Origin: Chthoniobacterales bacterium
GTDB taxonomy: Bacteria; Verrucomicrobiota; Verrucomicrobiia; Chthoniobacterales; Chthoniobacteraceae
NCBI GenBank assembly: GCA_038207335.1
Contig: JBBQZX010000040.1
Span: 1 to 29,997, forward strand
Direction: 5' to 3'
DNA length: 29,997 nt
The notes under the pieces are model-generated. The model had not been told where the DNA came from. It did no database searches and saw only the letters and a list, made by a program, of their open reading frames with translations. Both the position numbers and the translations under genes were made by a program. Below, piece after piece: positions 1 to 8,876 of the stretch. Numbering within the stretch: position 1 is the first letter of the stretch; every line of letters begins with the position of its first letter.

Positions 1-1481
1 AGTTCGGCCTCGCGGAAGAGCTGCTGATAGAAATCCGCGCGCGCGCGAAAGGTCGCCGACTGGCCTGATTTCGCACGCACGCTGCCGGTGAAATACTTCC
101 CGTAATCGGTCTCCGACACGACGACGTGCGTCACCCCTTCGACTCGCAATTCGTCGATCGAGTCGCGGTCGTTTTTGAAAAGCGTGCCGGCGACGCGCTG
201 CGGGATGGGGGCGTGGCGGGCGGCCTGGCTGGGCCTCTCGGGGTCGGAGAGGTGGATGCGATTGTCTTTTGCGATGACTGCCGTGGCGGGGATTTCGGAG
301 CGTAGGTAGTCGATGAGTTCCGCTGTGTCGTCGTGTTGAAAGGCCCGCGAATACTCGCTGAATGTGCGCCACTCCAGCGGCTCGGGGAGGCTTGCGAACT
401 GGCACGCGATGAGCGCCCCCCCGGCGATGCAGCGGGCCGCGCGGCGGCTGACTTTTCCCATGAGCAGACGCGCCGCGTCCTCAATGCCGAGCGCGGCGAG
501 GAGAGTGAACATCGCGGTCGCGGGGAGGAAATAGCGGTCGTTGGACTTCGGTGAAAAGGAGAGCGCGATGGCGAATGCAAAAGGAAAGCCGATGAGCAGG
601 AAATCGGGAAGCGTGAGGGCGCGGCGCGTGCGCCAGCGGGCAGCGAGAAAGAGGATGAGCAGCAGCCAGATGGCGGGCGTGGTGTTGTCGATGAAGACAT
701 TCCAGTACTGCGCGTGCGGGACGCTGCGGGTCGTGCCGCCCTGGCCGTGGACGACGAGCGACATCTCGCGGCCGAAGCTTTTCTCGAAGATGCCGGGACT
801 GGTGAGCAGCGGCCAATTCACGATTGCGAACGCAAGCGCGCACGCGGCGAGCACGAGCGCGACGCGAGTCCCCCGCCCTGCGGCAGGCGCGCGCCACGCG
901 ATCGGGAGGGCCATCGCGAGCGCGACGATGCCGAGATATTTTCCCGAAAGCGCGAGGCCGCACGCCATGCCGAGGATGATGGAGCGGAAGCGATTCGGCG
1001 TCTGCCAGAGCGCGAGCATCGCGAGGAATGCGAGCGCAAGACCCATGAGGAGCGCGGAGTCTTCCTTCATATAGTGGCCGAGTTCGAAGAGCTGGTGATG
1101 CAGTGCCAGAGCCAATCCGCAGGCGGTGGCGGGCGCCCAGCCGCGCCACAGAAATGCGAGCAGTGAGAGAGCTACGACAGCGATGGCGATGAAGGCGGCG
1201 GAGACGAAGCGGCCGAGTTCGACGACCTGCTGCGAGGCGGCGTTTTCGTCGTCGCGGGCGGTGACGGGGTGGATGCTGAGCGCGGCGCGCGTGGCCGAGA
1301 GCAGGAGCATCGGGTGGTGGAAGTTCCAGTTCTCGTGGAGCACCTGCTCGACTTTATCCGGCTCGTCGGGGTGGTAGAAAAACGGGAAGTCCGCGTGGCG
1401 CGTATCGAGGAAAAGCGTGAGCGCGAAAAGCGCGAGCGACCATGCGGCGAGCGCGAGATTCGTGGCGATGCGGGACTCCAT
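1..1481 (-). CDS. ArnT/PMT-like (GT-C fold) membrane glycosyltransferase, 3' end outside window (GT-C #1)
   Basis: Not in the ORF track because it runs off the edge. Hand translation from ATG 1481, which overlaps the upstream stop as TAATG: MESRIATNLALAAWSLALFALTLFLDTRHADFPFFYHPDEPDKV...FHHPMLL...HYMKEDSALL...GLALSGKYLG...SNDRYFLP. It has HPDE in the first loop, many TM helices and an RY.LP motif, typical of GT-C enzymes. The frame stays open to the window edge. Confidence 0.85.
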   Translation of the reverse strand, partial: MESRIATNLALAAWSLALFALTLFLDTRHADFPFFYHPDEPDKVEQVLHENWNFHHPMLLLSATRAALSIHPVTARDDENAASQQVVELGRFVSAAFIAIAVVALSLLAFLWRGWAPATACGLALALHHQLFELGHYMKEDSALLMGLALAFLAMLALWQTPNRFRSIILGMACGLALSGKYLGIVALAMALPIAWRAPAAGRGTRVALVLAACALAFAIVNWPLLTSPGIFEKSFGREMSLVVHGQGGTTRSVPHAQYWNVFIDNTTPAIWLLLILFLAARWRTRRALTLPDFLLIGFPFAFAIALSFSPKSNDRYFLPATAMFTLLAALGIEDAARLLMGKVSRRAARCIAGGALIACQFASLPEPLEWRTFSEYSRAFQHDDTAELIDYLRSEIPATAVIAKDNRIHLSDPERPSQAARHAPIPQRVAGTLFKNDRDSIDELRVEGVTHVVVSETDYGKYFTGSVRAKSGQSATFRARADFYQQLFREAE

Positions 1482-3043
1482 TACGCGCGCCGTCGGAGGA
1501 AGAACGACGCGAGGAAATCCGCGGGCACGGCGAGCGTGGGGATCAGCACACCCCACGCGGCACCAAAGAAACGCGGGCTCACCTGAGAGATCATGTAAAC
1601 GCCGAACAGGTAGCTGAAGATGATGACCGTCCACGCGCCGAGCGTGCGGCGATAGCGCGGCGAGAAAGAGAGCACGAGCCCGGCGACCAGCCAGCAGCCA
1701 AGGAAAGAAGGGCGTGCGTGCGAGATCGCGAGCAGAGCGCGGTCTTTGGATTTCGGAAATTGCACGAGCGTCGCGGCGTCTTCGTAAGCGCGGTGCCACG
1801 CCTGCATCGTGCTCACCGGCCACGAGTCCGGGCGCGGCGAGAGCATCATTTTGAACTCCTCCAGCGGCGGAATCGGGCCACGTTTTGGAAAGCCGAACGC
1901 CAGCGGGATGGGCGTCGATTTTCGCTCTGCGACCTCCGCGGCAGCGCGGACGTAATGATGCTCGAAAGCGCGGGGATAGTAGGTCGGCTCGAAGTGCTTA
2001 TCCTGAAACTGCTCAAGGTTTGCGGAGAAAAGGAACCGCTGGAGCGCAAGGTAAATCACGAGATCGGGCCGTGCCTTGATCGCCTCGACTGCAAGCTCCG
2101 TGCATACCTTCGCCTTCCGCTTTTCGTCCTTCGCAAGCGCCTTCCACTTCGGCGCGAAGTCCTGCCGATCGGTCTCGTCCAGGAAATCGTAAGCCTTGTC
2201 GTTGTCCAGATAGTAGGTGTCGATGTTCGCCCGCATCGTCTCGACCATGCCGCGAATCTCCTCCTTGTATTCCGCGTGAAGCGGCGTCTCGAGCCGCGTG
2301 AGCGGAAAGACGGAGGTGTAGAGGATGCGCGCGCCGAGCTTGCGCGAGCCGACGGTGAAGGTGACGAGCAGCAGCGCCAGCAGCGCGACGATCTGCCGCC
2401 AATCGAGGCGCAGCCATGCTTTCACGCCGGTGAGCGCGACGAAGACGCCGATCCACATCAGCCGCCCCGACGGCTTCGTGAGGAAAAAGCACGCCAGCGG
2501 AACAAAGAACCACCACCACAGCCGGAACGCCCGCGCGCGCCTCGCCTCGCCCACCCATGCGCACCAACCGGCAAACGCCCAGATGACGCTCGCGTAAAAG
2601 ACATTCTCCCCAAGCAACTCGTGCTCGTACCAGATCACGATCGGCAGCGACGCGTAGATGAGCGTGACGGGCACGATCCAGAGCCGCCACAGCGCGAAAT
2701 TTTTCCGCACCACGTAGGCCAGCGGGAGCAGCGTGGCGAGCCCGAGCCCGTGTTGCAGCCATGCCAGCCAGCGCAGCGGCGCGCCTGGGAGCGCGGTCAC
2801 GGGGAGCAGGAGGATCGGGTAAAGATAGCGCCGCTTTTCATCGAGGCTGATCTGCCCCTCCGCGAGCAGTCGGTGCGCGAAGCTGAAGTAAGACCGCGAG
2901 TCCGCGCCCCAATACGCATAGGGCATGTAACTCAGCAGCAGTGCGCGCAGGAATGCGCCGAGCAGCAGCGCGGGGATCGCCCAGAGCAGCGCATCGCGCA
3001 CGAGCGGGTGGCGCGCGAAGAATTGGCGGAGGCTGGAGGACAT
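1481..3043 (-). CDS. GT-C fold membrane glycosyltransferase (GT-C #2), about 520 aa
   Basis: Start placed at ATG 3043 (MSSSLRQFF), because the longer ORF start overlaps the divergent gene. Motifs YWGADSRSYF, EKRRYLYP, LQHGLG, WYEHELLGE, TKPSGR, a large soluble domain and C-terminal SPRFF. Confidence 0.8.
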   Translation of the reverse strand: MSSSLRQFFARHPLVRDALLWAIPALLLGAFLRALLLSYMPYAYWGADSRSYFSFAHRLLAEGQISLDEKRRYLYPILLLPVTALPGAPLRWLAWLQHGLGLATLLPLAYVVRKNFALWRLWIVPVTLIYASLPIVIWYEHELLGENVFYASVIWAFAGWCAWVGEARRARAFRLWWWFFVPLACFFLTKPSGRLMWIGVFVALTGVKAWLRLDWRQIVALLALLLVTFTVGSRKLGARILYTSVFPLTRLETPLHAEYKEEIRGMVETMRANIDTYYLDNDKAYDFLDETDRQDFAPKWKALAKDEKRKAKVCTELAVEAIKARPDLVIYLALQRFLFSANLEQFQDKHFEPTYYPRAFEHHYVRAAAEVAERKSTPIPLAFGFPKRGPIPPLEEFKMMLSPRPDSWPVSTMQAWHRAYEDAATLVQFPKSKDRALLAISHARPSFLGCWLVAGLVLSFSPRYRRTLGAWTVIIFSYLFGVYMISQVSPRFFGAAWGVLIPTLAVPADFLASFFLRRRA

Positions 3044-3053
3044 CGGGCGGGGA

Positions 3054-3082
3054 GGTCTAGTCGGCGCGCGCGGCGATGTCAC
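3054..3082 (-). promoter_or_regulatory. Putative sigma70-like promoter for GT-C #2/#1
   Basis: Minus strand GTGACA-N17-TAGACC, 10 nt upstream of ATG 3043. Confidence 0.35.
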
Positions 3083-3134
3083 GCGCGAGGAGCGGCTTGT
3101 CATCCTTTCATGCGTCCTCCTTACTCCGCGGGCC

Positions 3135-4712
3135 GTGACCCGATTTCTCCCTCTGATCAAAACGACGTGGCGCGATCCGCGCGTGCGCGAGCTCCTGCTC
3201 TTCTGCCTGCCCGCGCTTCTTGCCGGCTTCATGCTCCGCGCGGTGCTCATGTCGCAGTTGCCGTACGGCTTTTTCCACGACGACACGCCGGACTACCTCA
3301 CGACGCCGGAGAAGCTCCTCACCGCGCACAAGTTCGAGCTGCACATGAAGAAGACGTTCCTCGCGCCGGTCTTCATGGCCGTGCCGTTCGTCCTTCACAT
3401 CCCGGCGCTCATTTTCATCGCGGCGGTGCAGCATCTTCTGGGACTCGTGCTGATCGTGATGATCGGCCTGCTCTGCCGGCTGTGGTTCGCGCATTGGAAA
3501 TGGTTCATCGTGCCCGCCACGTTGTTCGTCGCGGTGAACCCCGCGATCCTCTGGTACGAGCACGTCCTGCTGGCGGAATTTCTCTACGCCTTCACCGTCG
3601 TCCTGCTCGCCATCGCCGGCACTTTTTACGCGCGATCGCAAACACGCGGGCGGTTGATTTTCCTCCTCGCCGCGCTCGTCCTGGTCGCCGGAGCGCGGCC
3701 CGAGGGCAAGCTCCTTTTCGGCTTCGGCTTCCTCCTCGTCGCACTCGCGCATTGCGGAGAATGGCGTCGGCTTTTTCGCATCGAAGGCATCGTGCTGGCC
3801 GTCGCGATCGTCACGCACCTCATCACGAAGACCTCGCAGGCCGGCCTGCTGCTCTACACCTCCGTCGCCTACATGTCGCCGCCGCATCTCGCCGCGGCCC
3901 CCGGTCTGGAGGAATATCTCGGCCCCGTGCAGCAGGAGTTTCAGGCGAAGTGGGCGAGCGATTTGCAATTCGCAAAAGCGCACCAGCGCGACCAGGTCAC
4001 CGACGCCATCCGGCTCTACTTCGAGGCGCATCCCGATGCGAAGCAGCGCCTCAGCCCGCACGCCGACCAGAAGCTGTGCAACAAGCTCGCGAAAGCCACG
4101 CTTCTCCGAAATCCCATCGCCGCGCTTGAGCTCGCGGGCCTGAAGTTCCGCTACACCGCCACCGTCCCGACGAACGACGACTTCACCGAGCTGTGGCTCT
4201 ACAAAAAACAAATCGAGTCCATGCGGAAAAAAGCGGACCAGATCGCGAAACTCGGTAGCGGGCTCACCGGCGCGCCCTTGCGCTCTGCCAACGAAATCGA
4301 CGCCTGGGTACGCTCACACGAGCATCCCGAGCGGCTGGACTGGTTTGCGAAATTCAGCGACCGCTGGCATTCCATGCTCCAGCCACGGCTCGCGGACCTC
4401 GTCGTCGGAAAGCGGCACGTCCCCGGACTCGCGTGGTTTTACATCGTCGCGTGGACGGGCATGGCGCTCGTCGTCCTGCGTCGCGGGCGGATGCAAAAGC
4501 TGCACTTCGCGCTCAGCCTCACGCTCGTCGCGCTGCTTTTCACGATCACACTGACGGCAAATGTGAAGCCCCGGTTCCGCTTCGTATTCGAGCCCTTCTG
4601 GGGCCTCTATATTCTGCTCATCCTCGACTGCGCGCTCTTCTGGCTCGCCCCGTTGTGGCAGCGGCAGCCAAAAATCGCGCCCGTGCTTCCGAATGGAAGG
4701 CCGTCGGTTTGA
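3135..4712 (+). CDS. GT-C fold membrane glycosyltransferase (GT-C #3), 525 aa
   Basis: GTG start. Motifs FFHDDTPDYL, VQHLLG, WYEHVLLAE, ARPEGK, QAGLLLY and KPRFRF. Aligns by eye with GT-C #2, #4 and #5. Confidence 0.8.
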   Translation: MTRFLPLIKTTWRDPRVRELLLFCLPALLAGFMLRAVLMSQLPYGFFHDDTPDYLTTPEKLLTAHKFELHMKKTFLAPVFMAVPFVLHIPALIFIAAVQHLLGLVLIVMIGLLCRLWFAHWKWFIVPATLFVAVNPAILWYEHVLLAEFLYAFTVVLLAIAGTFYARSQTRGRLIFLLAALVLVAGARPEGKLLFGFGFLLVALAHCGEWRRLFRIEGIVLAVAIVTHLITKTSQAGLLLYTSVAYMSPPHLAAAPGLEEYLGPVQQEFQAKWASDLQFAKAHQRDQVTDAIRLYFEAHPDAKQRLSPHADQKLCNKLAKATLLRNPIAALELAGLKFRYTATVPTNDDFTELWLYKKQIESMRKKADQIAKLGSGLTGAPLRSANEIDAWVRSHEHPERLDWFAKFSDRWHSMLQPRLADLVVGKRHVPGLAWFYIVAWTGMALVVLRRGRMQKLHFALSLTLVALLFTITLTANVKPRFRFVFEPFWGLYILLILDCALFWLAPLWQRQPKIAPVLPNGRPSV

Positions 4713-4756
4713 GATGAGTCCGCTCGAGCGCTGGGGATGCGCGCAAGCGGGGTTCG

Positions 4757-5623
4757 TTAGAGTTTCATCCGCTGGTCGATGAGGTCGGCGAGGAGGCCGA
4801 TGAAGAGCATCTGGACGCCGGTGAGTGCGAGGGCGATGGCGAGCAGCCCCAGATGGTGCTCGCCGTGGTAGTCGATCGCGCCTTTCACAATGCCCGCGAG
4901 GACGAGCACGAACGCGGGAGGGACGAAGACGTTCAGCGGCTTGAAGTAGGCGCAGATGCGGATGATGAGGATGGTGAAATTGACGGTGTCGCGGATGGGG
5001 TGGATGGAGCTTTTGCCAACGCGCCGGAGGTAGTTGATGGGGATGAATTTGACGCGGTAGTGGTTCGTCAGCATCGCGAGGGTGATGGTGGTGGTGAAGC
5101 TGAAGCCGTCCGGGTAGAGGGTGAGATAGCGCAGGGCGACCTTCTTGCTGAAAACGCGGAGGCCGGAGTTCAGGTCGGGGATTTCCTGACCGCTGAGGTA
5201 TTGGGCGAGGCGGGTGATGGCCCACTTTGCCGGGCGCCGGACGAGGGGGACCTGGACGATGGCGCCGGTGCGCGCGCCGACGACCATGTCGTAGTCGGGG
5301 GCGTAGGACATGAGCTTTGGGATATCCTCGAGCGGGTAGGTGCCGTCGGCGTCGGCGATGAGGATGTAGTCGTGCTTGGCGCGCATGAGGCCGCTTTTGA
5401 GGGCAGCGCCGTAGCCGCGGTTGGCGGGGTGCTCGATGAGGGTGACGGGGAGGGTGCGGGCGATTTCGCCAGTGCGGTCGCGGGAGCCGTCGTTGATGAC
5501 GACGATTTCCATGTCGGCGAAGTGGGAGCGCTGCTCGGCGATTTTCTGGACGGTCTCGGCGAGTGCGCCTTCTTCGTTGTAGGCGGGAATGAGGACGCTG
5601 AGTGAAAGTGTAGAGACGGACAT
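4757..5623 (-). CDS. GT2 family glycosyltransferase, DPM1/GtrB-like polyprenol-phosphate sugar synthase, 288 aa
   Basis: ATG 5623 (MSVSTLSLSVLIPAYNEE). Motifs NDGSRD, NRGYGAA, DADGTY (DxD) and DLNSGLR, with two C-terminal TM helices. Confidence 0.9.
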   Translation of the reverse strand: MSVSTLSLSVLIPAYNEEGALAETVQKIAEQRSHFADMEIVVINDGSRDRTGEIARTLPVTLIEHPANRGYGAALKSGLMRAKHDYILIADADGTYPLEDIPKLMSYAPDYDMVVGARTGAIVQVPLVRRPAKWAITRLAQYLSGQEIPDLNSGLRVFSKKVALRYLTLYPDGFSFTTTITLAMLTNHYRVKFIPINYLRRVGKSSIHPIRDTVNFTILIIRICAYFKPLNVFVPPAFVLVLAGIVKGAIDYHGEHHLGLLAIALALTGVQMLFIGLLADLIDQRMKL

Positions 5624-5633
5624 GTGACGGGAG

Positions 5634-5662
5634 GGTTTAGCGGGGGTGCGGAGCGGCAGCAA
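5634..5662 (-). promoter_or_regulatory. Putative sigma70-like promoter for the GT2 gene
   Basis: Minus strand TTGCTG-N17-TAAACC, 10 nt upstream of ATG 5623. Confidence 0.35.
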
Positions 5663-5695
5663 TTGCGAATGGCGGACGGGGTCGAGTTGGCGGCT

Positions 5696-7213
5696 TTAGC
5701 AGTCGGTGGAGGGCTGCATGCAGGCACGGCGCGCGATTTTCCAGAGCTCGATGATGGCGCTGGAGAGGGTCCAGAACATGATCGGGGCGACGGCGATCAT
5801 GTAGCGATCCATGGGCCGGCCGACGGTGCAGAGGAGGACGAGGGTGAAGGCCCACACTCCCGCAGCGCCGAACCACCAGGCGCGCATTTCGCCGCGGGCG
5901 CGGAAGAAGAAAACAGGGAGGAGGAGTGTAGTGAAGAAGACGGGCCAGAGGCGGAAGAGCCAGGCGGTGGCTAGCCAGTGCTGGTAGGGACGGAGGCTGC
6001 CAGTGCCGATGCGGGCGTCGAGGATGTCGACGGTGCCGGGGAGGCGGATGGCGTCTTCGGCGTCTTCGGCTTTCGCGAGGATGCGGCGGACGGAGCGGAG
6101 CTCGGAGTCGTCGGGCGCGGCGTTTTCGTCGGCGACGTGGAAGAGGAGGGAGACGAGGTCGCCGAGGCCCTGGCGCGCGTAGGCGACGGGTTGGTTGGCG
6201 ATGGCTTCCTTTGCTAGGGCCATGCAGAGGTGGTTGACGTCGGCGGGGGTCTTGCCTTGCGCGGCGAGGATTTGGCGGAGGTGCGGGACGACGGTGCGCT
6301 TGAGGATGATGTTGTTGTCGAGCTTTGGGAGGCGCTGGTAGGCGCGGACTTCGTCGGCGATGTCGCGCTTGATGTCGGGCTCGATGCCGCCGTCGAGGCG
6401 GGTGAATTGCGCGGTGCGCCCGTAGAGGAGGATGCCGGCCTGGGGCTCGGGCGGACGGGTGTGGAGTGTGAGGGCGTGGAGTGCGCGGTCGCCGATGAGG
6501 GGCAGGGCAAATGCGACGATGAAGAGGGATGCTTGCAGCACCGCTCGCGCGATTTTCTCGCGGCGAAAAAAGAGAACGCCGCCGATGACGAGGAGGGGAA
6601 AGGGGCCAAAGACGTTCTTCGTGAGCATGAGGCAGCCGGCTGCGAAGCCGCTCAGGCACAGGGCTGCGAGGGAATCGCGTCGGATGGCGCAAAACCATGC
6701 GACGAATGCAAGGGTGCCGAAGAAGAAGAGGAGCGTTTCGTTTCGCAGCAAATGCTCGAGGTGAATCGGGAGGCCGTAAACGGCGTAGGCGTAGCTGCAG
6801 AGCCCGAAGGGAATGAGCGCGGCGCGGCCGTGAATGGCGCGGAGGACAAGCATGGCGGCGACGACGGCTGCGGCGCCGAGCGCGTGCTGCACGAACATGA
6901 GGGAATCGAAGCTGCCGAAGAGTCGCAGACACGCGGCGATGAGGAGCGAATAAACGGGGCCGCGGCGCGGGTCGGTTTCCCATGTCCCCTGCTCCACCCA
7001 GGCGACGGCGGAGTGGACGTAGGAGCCCGCGTCTTTCGACCACAAAACGCACGGCAGGAGATGCGCGAGATACGCGCGGATGCCGATGGCGACAAGCACG
7101 AGGGCGATCCAGACGGCGACTTCGGCGCGCGCGGAGGGAGGCTCGGAGAAGCGGAGGAATGTGGCTCGCAACCGCGCAAAACGGGGCGCGGCGGCGGGGC
7201 GGTCGGCGGGCAT
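5696..7213 (-). CDS. GT-C fold membrane glycosyltransferase (GT-C #4), about 505 aa
   Basis: ATG 7213 (MPADRPAA). Motifs WSKDAGSYV, PRRGPVYS, VQHALG, HLEHLLRNE, QAGILLY and MDRYM. The most divergent of the four paralogues. Confidence 0.8.
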   Translation of the reverse strand: MPADRPAAAPRFARLRATFLRFSEPPSARAEVAVWIALVLVAIGIRAYLAHLLPCVLWSKDAGSYVHSAVAWVEQGTWETDPRRGPVYSLLIAACLRLFGSFDSLMFVQHALGAAAVVAAMLVLRAIHGRAALIPFGLCSYAYAVYGLPIHLEHLLRNETLLFFFGTLAFVAWFCAIRRDSLAALCLSGFAAGCLMLTKNVFGPFPLLVIGGVLFFRREKIARAVLQASLFIVAFALPLIGDRALHALTLHTRPPEPQAGILLYGRTAQFTRLDGGIEPDIKRDIADEVRAYQRLPKLDNNIILKRTVVPHLRQILAAQGKTPADVNHLCMALAKEAIANQPVAYARQGLGDLVSLLFHVADENAAPDDSELRSVRRILAKAEDAEDAIRLPGTVDILDARIGTGSLRPYQHWLATAWLFRLWPVFFTTLLLPVFFFRARGEMRAWWFGAAGVWAFTLVLLCTVGRPMDRYMIAVAPIMFWTLSSAIIELWKIARRACMQPSTDC

Positions 7214-7220
7214 CGGGCGC

Positions 7221-7250
7221 ACGCTAGGGAGGGGTGAAAGTGCTTGTCAA
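7221..7250 (-). promoter_or_regulatory. sigma70-like promoter for GT-C #4, probably leaderless
   Basis: Minus strand perfect TTGACA (7250-7245)-N18-TAGCGT (7226-7221), then 7 nt to ATG 7213. Confidence 0.55.
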
Positions 7251-7272
7251 CGCACCGGGGCGTTCCGAGCCT
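7244..7272 (+). promoter_or_regulatory. Putative divergent promoter for GT-C #5 with overlapping -35
   Basis: TTGTCA (7244-7249)-N17-GAGCCT (7267-7272), then 8 nt to in-frame TTG 7281. The -10 is a weak match. Confidence 0.3.
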
Positions 7273-7280
7273 CCGCGCCT

Positions 7281-8876
7281 TTGAACTCGCCGAACGATCC
7301 GTCTCCAGTTGGTACATTCACGCTGCGCCGCTGTCTGCTGCTGAGCCTGCCCGCGCTGATCGTCGGCTTTCTCCTGCGCGCGGCGTTCGTGCACTCGATC
7401 CCGGAGGTTTTTTACGGCTCGGACAGCAATTCGTATTTCGAAACGGCGCTGCGTTTCTGGCAAAAGCACGAGTTCTTTTTCCCCGAGAAACGCCGCGGGC
7501 TCTATCCGCTTTTCGTGATGCTCTCGCCGCTGCTCCCCGGCAGTCCGGCGCGCGATACAGCACTGCTGCAGCATCTTTTCGGACTGCTCGTGATCCCGGC
7601 GGCGGGCTGGGTGACCGGTCACGTCGCGCGGCGTCCGGCGCTGTGGGTGCCGGTGGTGACGTGCCTCGTGGCGCTGTCGCCGGCGGCGCTCTGGTACGAG
7701 CACGAGATGATGGCGGACTCGCCGCTCGCGGTGGTTTTCGCAGTGACGCTCGCGATGGCTTTTCCGCTCGAAGGGTTGCGCGGGCGGCGGCTCGTGTGGT
7801 TCCTGATCGGCACGCTGGCTATCGTCGCGATGAAGCCGCACGGACGTCCATTTTGGCTCGGGCTCGTGATGGCGGCGGCGCTGATTCGCTGGCCCGCGTG
7901 GCGCTGGGGCTGGCCGAGTTTCGCAGTGCTGGCGGCGAGCGTGGCGGTGATCCTCGGCACGGGCAGCTCGAAGCAGGGAAGCTGGCTGCTGCTGAGTTCC
8001 ACGCTGCCCCTCGTGGATATCGAGGGGGAAAGTTACCCCGAATATCGGCGGCTCCTAGCGCCCGTGATTCGTGAAACTTATGCGCGTCTCGACGAATACG
8101 CTTTTCTCCAGATGCAGTACAAAAAGGCGCTCTCGACAAAAGATCCGGAAAGCCTGCTCGGCCCCGAATGGCCTGCACTCGTAAAAAAGCGGGAGCGCTA
8201 TTCCAAGGCCACCAAGGCGCTCTCGCGCGAGGCGATCCGGCATCACCCGCTGGAGTGGCTGCGGCTCACGTCGGAAAAGATGGGCATCGCCGCGGCGTTT
8301 CTGCCGACGCAGACATCGTTCGCTTTTCATCCCGCGGAGTTCTGGGCTGCGCAGGCGGAGCGAAACGATGACCGCTGGCGCAAAAACGCTAGCGAACCCG
8401 AGATGGTGTATGAGCGCGACGAACCGGCGTACCGCGCGATGGTGGCCGAGCGGCTCACCCGCCCCGCTCTCGTCCCGGCGTGGATCATGCGCCTCGGGGG
8501 AAAACTCACGTGGACGCGCGTGCAGTATGCGAAACACGTCCCGCCGCGCGTGCGCTTCACATGGGTCGCCGCGCTCGGTGCGCTCGGAATCTGCTCGCTG
8601 CTCACCCTGCGCCGCTGGCCATTCGCCGCCGTGCTGCTGCTGCCGCTCGGCGGATATTTGCTCGCGATCTACGGCATCGGCGACGCCGTGCCGCGCTACA
8701 TGCTGCCCGTCGAATGGCTCGGCTTCCTCCTCGCCTGCCTCGGCGCGGACTGGCTGCTAGACCTCGCGCTCCGGCTCCTGCCCGCGCGGATACACCCAAA
8801 AGTGGTAGAGCAAAAACTTCAGCCCGCTCATCCCGACTTGCACGGTGGCGATGATCCCATACTTCATCATCTGTGA
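7281..8876 (+). CDS. GT-C fold membrane glycosyltransferase (GT-C #5), about 531 aa; start uncertain
   Basis: In-frame TTG 7281 chosen because the ORF-track start at 7080 overlaps the divergent gene. Motifs FYGSDSNSYF, EKRRGLYP, LQHLFG, WYEHEMMAD, MKPHGR and VPRYMLP. The 3' end overlaps gtrA by 120 nt. Confidence 0.8.
   Translation: MNSPNDPSPVGTFTLRRCLLLSLPALIVGFLLRAAFVHSIPEVFYGSDSNSYFETALRFWQKHEFFFPEKRRGLYPLFVMLSPLLPGSPARDTALLQHLFGLLVIPAAGWVTGHVARRPALWVPVVTCLVALSPAALWYEHEMMADSPLAVVFAVTLAMAFPLEGLRGRRLVWFLIGTLAIVAMKPHGRPFWLGLVMAAALIRWPAWRWGWPSFAVLAASVAVILGTGSSKQGSWLLLSSTLPLVDIEGESYPEYRRLLAPVIRETYARLDEYAFLQMQYKKALSTKDPESLLGPEWPALVKKRERYSKATKALSREAIRHHPLEWLRLTSEKMGIAAAFLPTQTSFAFHPAEFWAAQAERNDDRWRKNASEPEMVYERDEPAYRAMVAERLTRPALVPAWIMRLGGKLTWTRVQYAKHVPPRVRFTWVAALGALGICSLLTLRRWPFAAVLLLPLGGYLLAIYGIGDAVPRYMLPVEWLGFLLACLGADWLLDLALRLLPARIHPKVVEQKLQPAHPDLHGGDDPILHHL

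Noticed and set aside
1442..4129. 895-aa plus-strand ORF
   Set aside because: Antisense to GT-C #2 and out of frame over GT-C #3. Arg-rich with no motifs, as expected of a high-GC shadow ORF.
1481..8876. Shufflon or invertase-driven switching of the alternating GT-C genes
   Set aside because: No recombinase in the window and no convincing inverted repeats at gene boundaries were found by eye.
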